Below are positions 59,620-64,000 of a DNA stretch of 64,000 nt, one piece after another (positions within the stretch are counted from its first letter, which is position 1; the number at the start of each line of letters is the position of its first letter). The stretch spans positions 68,884,001 to 68,948,000 of the forward strand of contig CM059438.1 in the NCBI GenBank assembly GCA_030390025.1. Reading direction: 5' to 3'. The DNA comes from Squalus acanthias (lineage: Eukaryota). Under the pieces are notes generated by a model, which was given only the letters and a program-made list of their open reading frames with translations, was not told where the DNA came from and searched no databases. Both the position numbers and the translations under genes were made by a program.

Positions 59620-62070
59620 AATGGCTTATATAAAGTGATGAGACACAGAAAATCAGTGACCTAAGATACATGTGGCTTAATTGGAGCTTTCATTGGGATG
59701 AAAATAATTTAAACACTGTCTATAGGGGTGAAATTTCTAAATGGCGGAGTGGCTATATGACTCTGTAATAAATAATTGACCTGCTTATGCAAACACATTC
59801 TCAGAAATCTTGACACTTCAGAGCTGCCCAGTCCTATTATTTTGTAGTATGTTGAAAAAGAGACCTTCCCCCATTTTTCTAAAGTTTCATCATAAATCCT
59901 TTCAAGCTGCTCATAACTGTTCATCGGTTTTATTGCTTATCTCTCCTCGAGGTGTTAAATAAAATGGAGATGGATCTGTCATTTGTTTAAATCCTTCTGC
60001 CTCCAAAAATATTCCTTCTGGTCTTGTGAAAATGATTACTGTCGATGGCCTCTTGCTTTCAATCGAAAGGCAGCACATCACAGAACAAAGCATGCAGTCT
60101 CTTGCCGTGTGCCAGTCACAGCTCAATAATCAGCATTCTTTCGCTGTGCGTGGTGCTTCACTGTTGGCACTTGATACTTGTGGTGCAGCTAACTTCATCC
60201 CAGTTCGCCACTGTACAAACATCTTTATTAAACATCAGAAGCCCTCTCCAATACTAATTGTATGATATCCTTTTCGATTAACTGGGTATTAAATATTACC
60301 TTTCAAATGGCAGTGCAAACCTAATGTTAATCCTTAGTCACCACCAGAAATTAAATGATGATTCGTTCACACTTTACATTATTAACAATCGCAAGAATTT
60401 TTAAAAATGCCATTCAAAATAACAAGGAAATTCAGCCACACATTCACCTGAGCTACATGTCATTACAAATGTATTACATTATAAATGTGTTAATGATTTT
60501 AAGGGATCTAACATCGTTTGACATTGTACACATAAGGGGCATGCTCATTACATTGGAGTTATCTGCTGGAATAAACACATTGCTCATTACACCTGGATTT
60601 TTGTTGCACTGTTTTCGAGTATTTTGACCAGTTACATATCTGGAACTCTTGCAAAAAAAAATTACAATTCGAATTGCTTGCTGTGTATCTTTATTTCTCC
60701 CCCTTTAGTCTCTCTGTTTCTCTATCTCTCTCGCTTGCTCACTCTGCTGTTTACATCATTTTAGAATCCGAGGTTCATCAAAGGAGAGAACTTTCATTTA
60801 CACAACACCTTTCATATCCCCAGGATGTCACAAAATGCTTGATAGCCAATTTGCGCACAGGAGGGTCCCACAAACAGCATTGTTTTTCTGGGTTGTGTTG
60901 ATTGAGGGATAAATGTTAGCCAGGCCACCAGGAGAGCTCCCCTGCTCTTTGAATCGTGTCACAGGATCTTTTACGTCCACCTGAGCAGGCAGACATTGGT
61001 TTAATGTCCCATCCAAAAGACAGCGCCTCCGACAGTACAGAACTCTCTCAGTTTGCACTGAAGTGGCAGCCTAGATTATGTGCTCAAGTCAGAGAGTGGG
61101 GCAAGAACCCACAATCTTCTGACTCAGAGGCAAGTGTGCTGCCACTAATTATGGGAGAGGTGGCCTACTCATATTCTTTTAATCCTGGGAAATGAGTTGA
61201 TAACCTTTATTGAGCAGTTGCAGACCATTTCACTGTCTCCTCAAGGCAGGTCCTCAGGCAGTTCATATACAGTTATCACATTTCTGAACTTTTACCTTCT
61301 GATACTTTCCTTGTGCTCATTGGCAAAGACCACTTCCTTAAGTGAACTTTCGCTCTCAATTGGAGCAGCCAATGACACTTCATTGGTTCAGATAAAATGG
61401 ACCATCACTCTCTATGAACCAGAGCATGCCTTTACACACCCAGTATCTGGGTAATTTTAGTGAGTCCAGAGATCAAACAGAAACTCTCGTCGCTGCATAC
61501 GGCTTAATGGATATAGCACATATCCTCACTTGATGTGCTTGACTTCAGAAACTGGTACAACTAACATGCCCATAGACTGTGGCTTATGCTATGAACTACA
61601 GAATACACCTATTAACATAATAAATAGGTAACAAAACAATAGCAATGACAAACAGTAGTGTTACAGTAATATTTGCAGAACTTCTCCCTTCCTGCTCAGA
61701 ATAAACCAAATAAAAAACAGCCATATCTCCTACACTGGAACTCGAAGTAAAACTGGACCTGAAGCAAGGTTCGTGACTGTAACTTCGCATGGATATTGAT
61801 AGAGCTCCTTGCCTAAATCTCTGAAGGCTAGAAGGACTCCAGCATTAGGGGAAATCTGCTCCAGATATATATTGACATTTTTTTTTACTTTCAACAAAAG
61901 AAAATCAATGATGTATCTTTTCTGGTGTCGCACATAAAGGTTGAGCGCCCAGAAACTGTCTCCAGGGAGATAGTTCGAGAAGCTACCCAGATTTAACAGT
62001 CCACATGTAAAGAGTTTACTCAGGAGTGTATCCTTGCAAATACAACTACTTAAATAGGCCACCTAATGCC
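59620..62070 (-). pseudogene. Putative Crypton / DUF3504-type tyrosine recombinase fossil
   Basis: Ordered minus-strand motifs: NYLPGDS..KRYI..VNIY..KEL, IWLFF..SRKGE, LCSV......ESKRP, PFYLTP, YYKIIGLG..V..FL, and LGH* near 59655. There are multiple stops and frameshifts. Confidence 0.55.
60790..61145 (-). mobile_element. DeuSINE
   Basis: Reverse complement of the Deu core (CCCCTGCTCTT..GGATCTTTTACGTCCACCTGAG) and head. Confidence 0.8.
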
Positions 62071-62369
62071 GGCTGGAACTATCTCCATGACATCCTATAT
62101 ATCATTCTCTAGCTTTTCCACTTACTTGGCACGCGTCCTTTTGAATGCTGTCAATGTTCCGTACACTGATCATTCTTTAACATTGCTTGCAGAAAATGTC
62201 ACAATATGAACCCAAGTTCTTTTCTCCCCGTCATTCCTAATTCGTGTGAAGACCACAAGACCCCTGCAGAATTCCACTCGTCACTACTCATTCCCTCAAC
62301 AGAAGCTCAACCTTTGGTGATCACCAATCGCTCTTTCCTGGTGAACTTCCAGTGCACCTAGTGAGTTTA

Positions 62370-62800
62370 ACATAAGAACACAAGAACATAAGAAATAGGA
62401 GCAGGAGTAGGCCACTTGGCCCCTCGAGCCTGCTCTGCCATTCAGTAAGATCATGGCTGATCTGATCTTGGCCTCAACTCCAGTTTCCTGCCCGCTCCCC
62501 ATAACTCTCAACTCGCCTATAGATCAAAAATCTGTCTATCTCCACCTTAAATATATTCAATGACCCAGCCTCCACAGCTCTCTGGGGCAGAGAATTCCAA
62601 AGATTTACGACCCTCTGAGACAAGAAATTCCTCCTCATCTCAGTTCTAATAGGGCGACCCTTTATTCTAAAACTGTGCCCCCAAGTTCTAGATTTCCCCA
62701 TGAGGGGGAAACATCCTTTCTGCATCTACCTTGTCGAGCCCCCTCAGTATCTTATATGTTTCAATAAGATCACCTCTCATTCTTCTAAGTTCCAATGAAT
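62370..62800 (-). mobile_element. CR1 3' fragment
   Basis: (ACATAAGA)n tail and RRNFLSQRVVNLWNSLP. Confidence 0.92.
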
Positions 62801-63339
62801 AGGATTTGCCTTTGCCTTTGCCTGTCTGGTACCTTTTGAAATATCCGAGCAAATTCTCTATTCTGTCAAATTATAAGGCATCAGCAAATAGTCTTTTTTT
62901 AAAAAACAATCTGTACAATAGAAATGCTATTTGATTAATGTTTGCATGGCAGCATGTTTATTGCCTGAATTACTTTTATTTTTTAACAAATTGCTCACTT
63001 CTTTGGATGGTACTTGGAGTCACCTTAGTAGCTATTGCTTTAGTCACCTTTTACAAGCCCTGCACTCAGAAAGGCATCAACCAATAATTATGCTGTGTGA
63101 ATGCTTAACACATAAAAATGCTTGGTTTGCAATTTTAATAGCGGTGTTAAAGTAATATTAAACGGCACATTTTCCAAGCTGTAATAGTGCTGCAATCTAT
63201 TTTCTAAGATAGGCTGAGGACACAAGAGTATGATGAACAAGAATTCCATTATCAGCAAATGGAGAAGAAATTCTTCATGTCAGGTGGCTGAATAAGACAG
63301 GATGAAGGCAGCTTCATAACCGGTGGAGTGAGTAATGCA

Positions 63340-63705
63340 CCACATGCCATTACACTAAACTGCACAGACACATCCCATATTCAATGCATGTTTTCTGCTG
63401 ATATGGTTGATCTCAGCCGGGTAATGCTTGGGGCATTGCAACTGGCCGCAGCCCCTTATACCCGCTTCCCATGAAAATTCATGCAGGGGTTCTGCTTCTG
63501 ATCACAATCGGCTTGACCCCTGTTGGAAAGTGCACTCGTGGATCTCGGGGAAGGACCAGATTCAGCTTGGTTCTGGGAACTGCTTACCAATGCTCCATAT
63601 CTGTATTCTTACATGAGAAGCGGTTGCTTTGGTGAGCACTATTGGTGCCCATGGGTTTGTAAACCAGCAAGAATCAGTACCTTCAGGAGAACAGGAAGGA
63701 AGATT
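63340..63705 (+). mobile_element. Diverged SINE-like repeat
   Basis: Blocks TGATCTCAGC..GACCCCTGTTGGAAAGTG..CCTTCAGGAGA resemble a recalled chondrichthyan SINE; not verifiable here. Confidence 0.4.
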
Positions 63706-64000
63706 GTGAGGGAGAATATGGGTGATTCATTCTTGATCAGTTTTAGCCTCCTCTAAATAAATGGAAGCACAGAAAGCCCTGGGGCATAGCCTATGAAGGA
63801 GTAAGAGGGGAGAGTAGAAGGTAGACCCTAAATGTTTATCCAATATTTTTTAGGGGTTAATTTTCCTAACCTTTGCCTTCAAGAAGTCTATTCCTCTGGA
63901 GCAAAGGTAAACAAAAGGGGGAAGAGAGCAGTTCTGTGGATTTCCGAGATTTCCCCCCAAGTGACACCTGCAATAGGCATAGGCTCAGAGTTCCCAGACT

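Overview
Eukaryotic, repeat-dense DNA, most likely intronic or intergenic sequence of a cartilaginous fish. That assignment is inferred from the DeuSINE, CR1, L2, Penelope and Harbinger repertoire. I could not support any host-gene exon, structural RNA gene or CRISPR array. The dominant system is PIF/Harbinger. There is a near-intact 4.2-kb two-gene element (20744-24976) with a DD35E transposase and a convergent 3-exon Myb/SANT gene. There are also a decayed inverted sister (42739-46853), two 0.9-kb deletion derivatives sharing one breakpoint, two older Harbinger families and many TIR MITEs, several with AAT target duplications. Retroelements include a full-length CR1 (32331-37461) whose 5' end is a 152-bp monomer array with a splice acceptor and donor in every unit, several truncated CR1/L2 LINEs and SINEs, Penelope ends carrying hammerhead cores, and a probable solo LTR. 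A probable Crypton (DUF3504-type tyrosine recombinase) fossil lies at ~59.6-62.1 kb. All family assignments are by eye and from recalled motifs, with no database searches. Boundaries of old elements are approximate.
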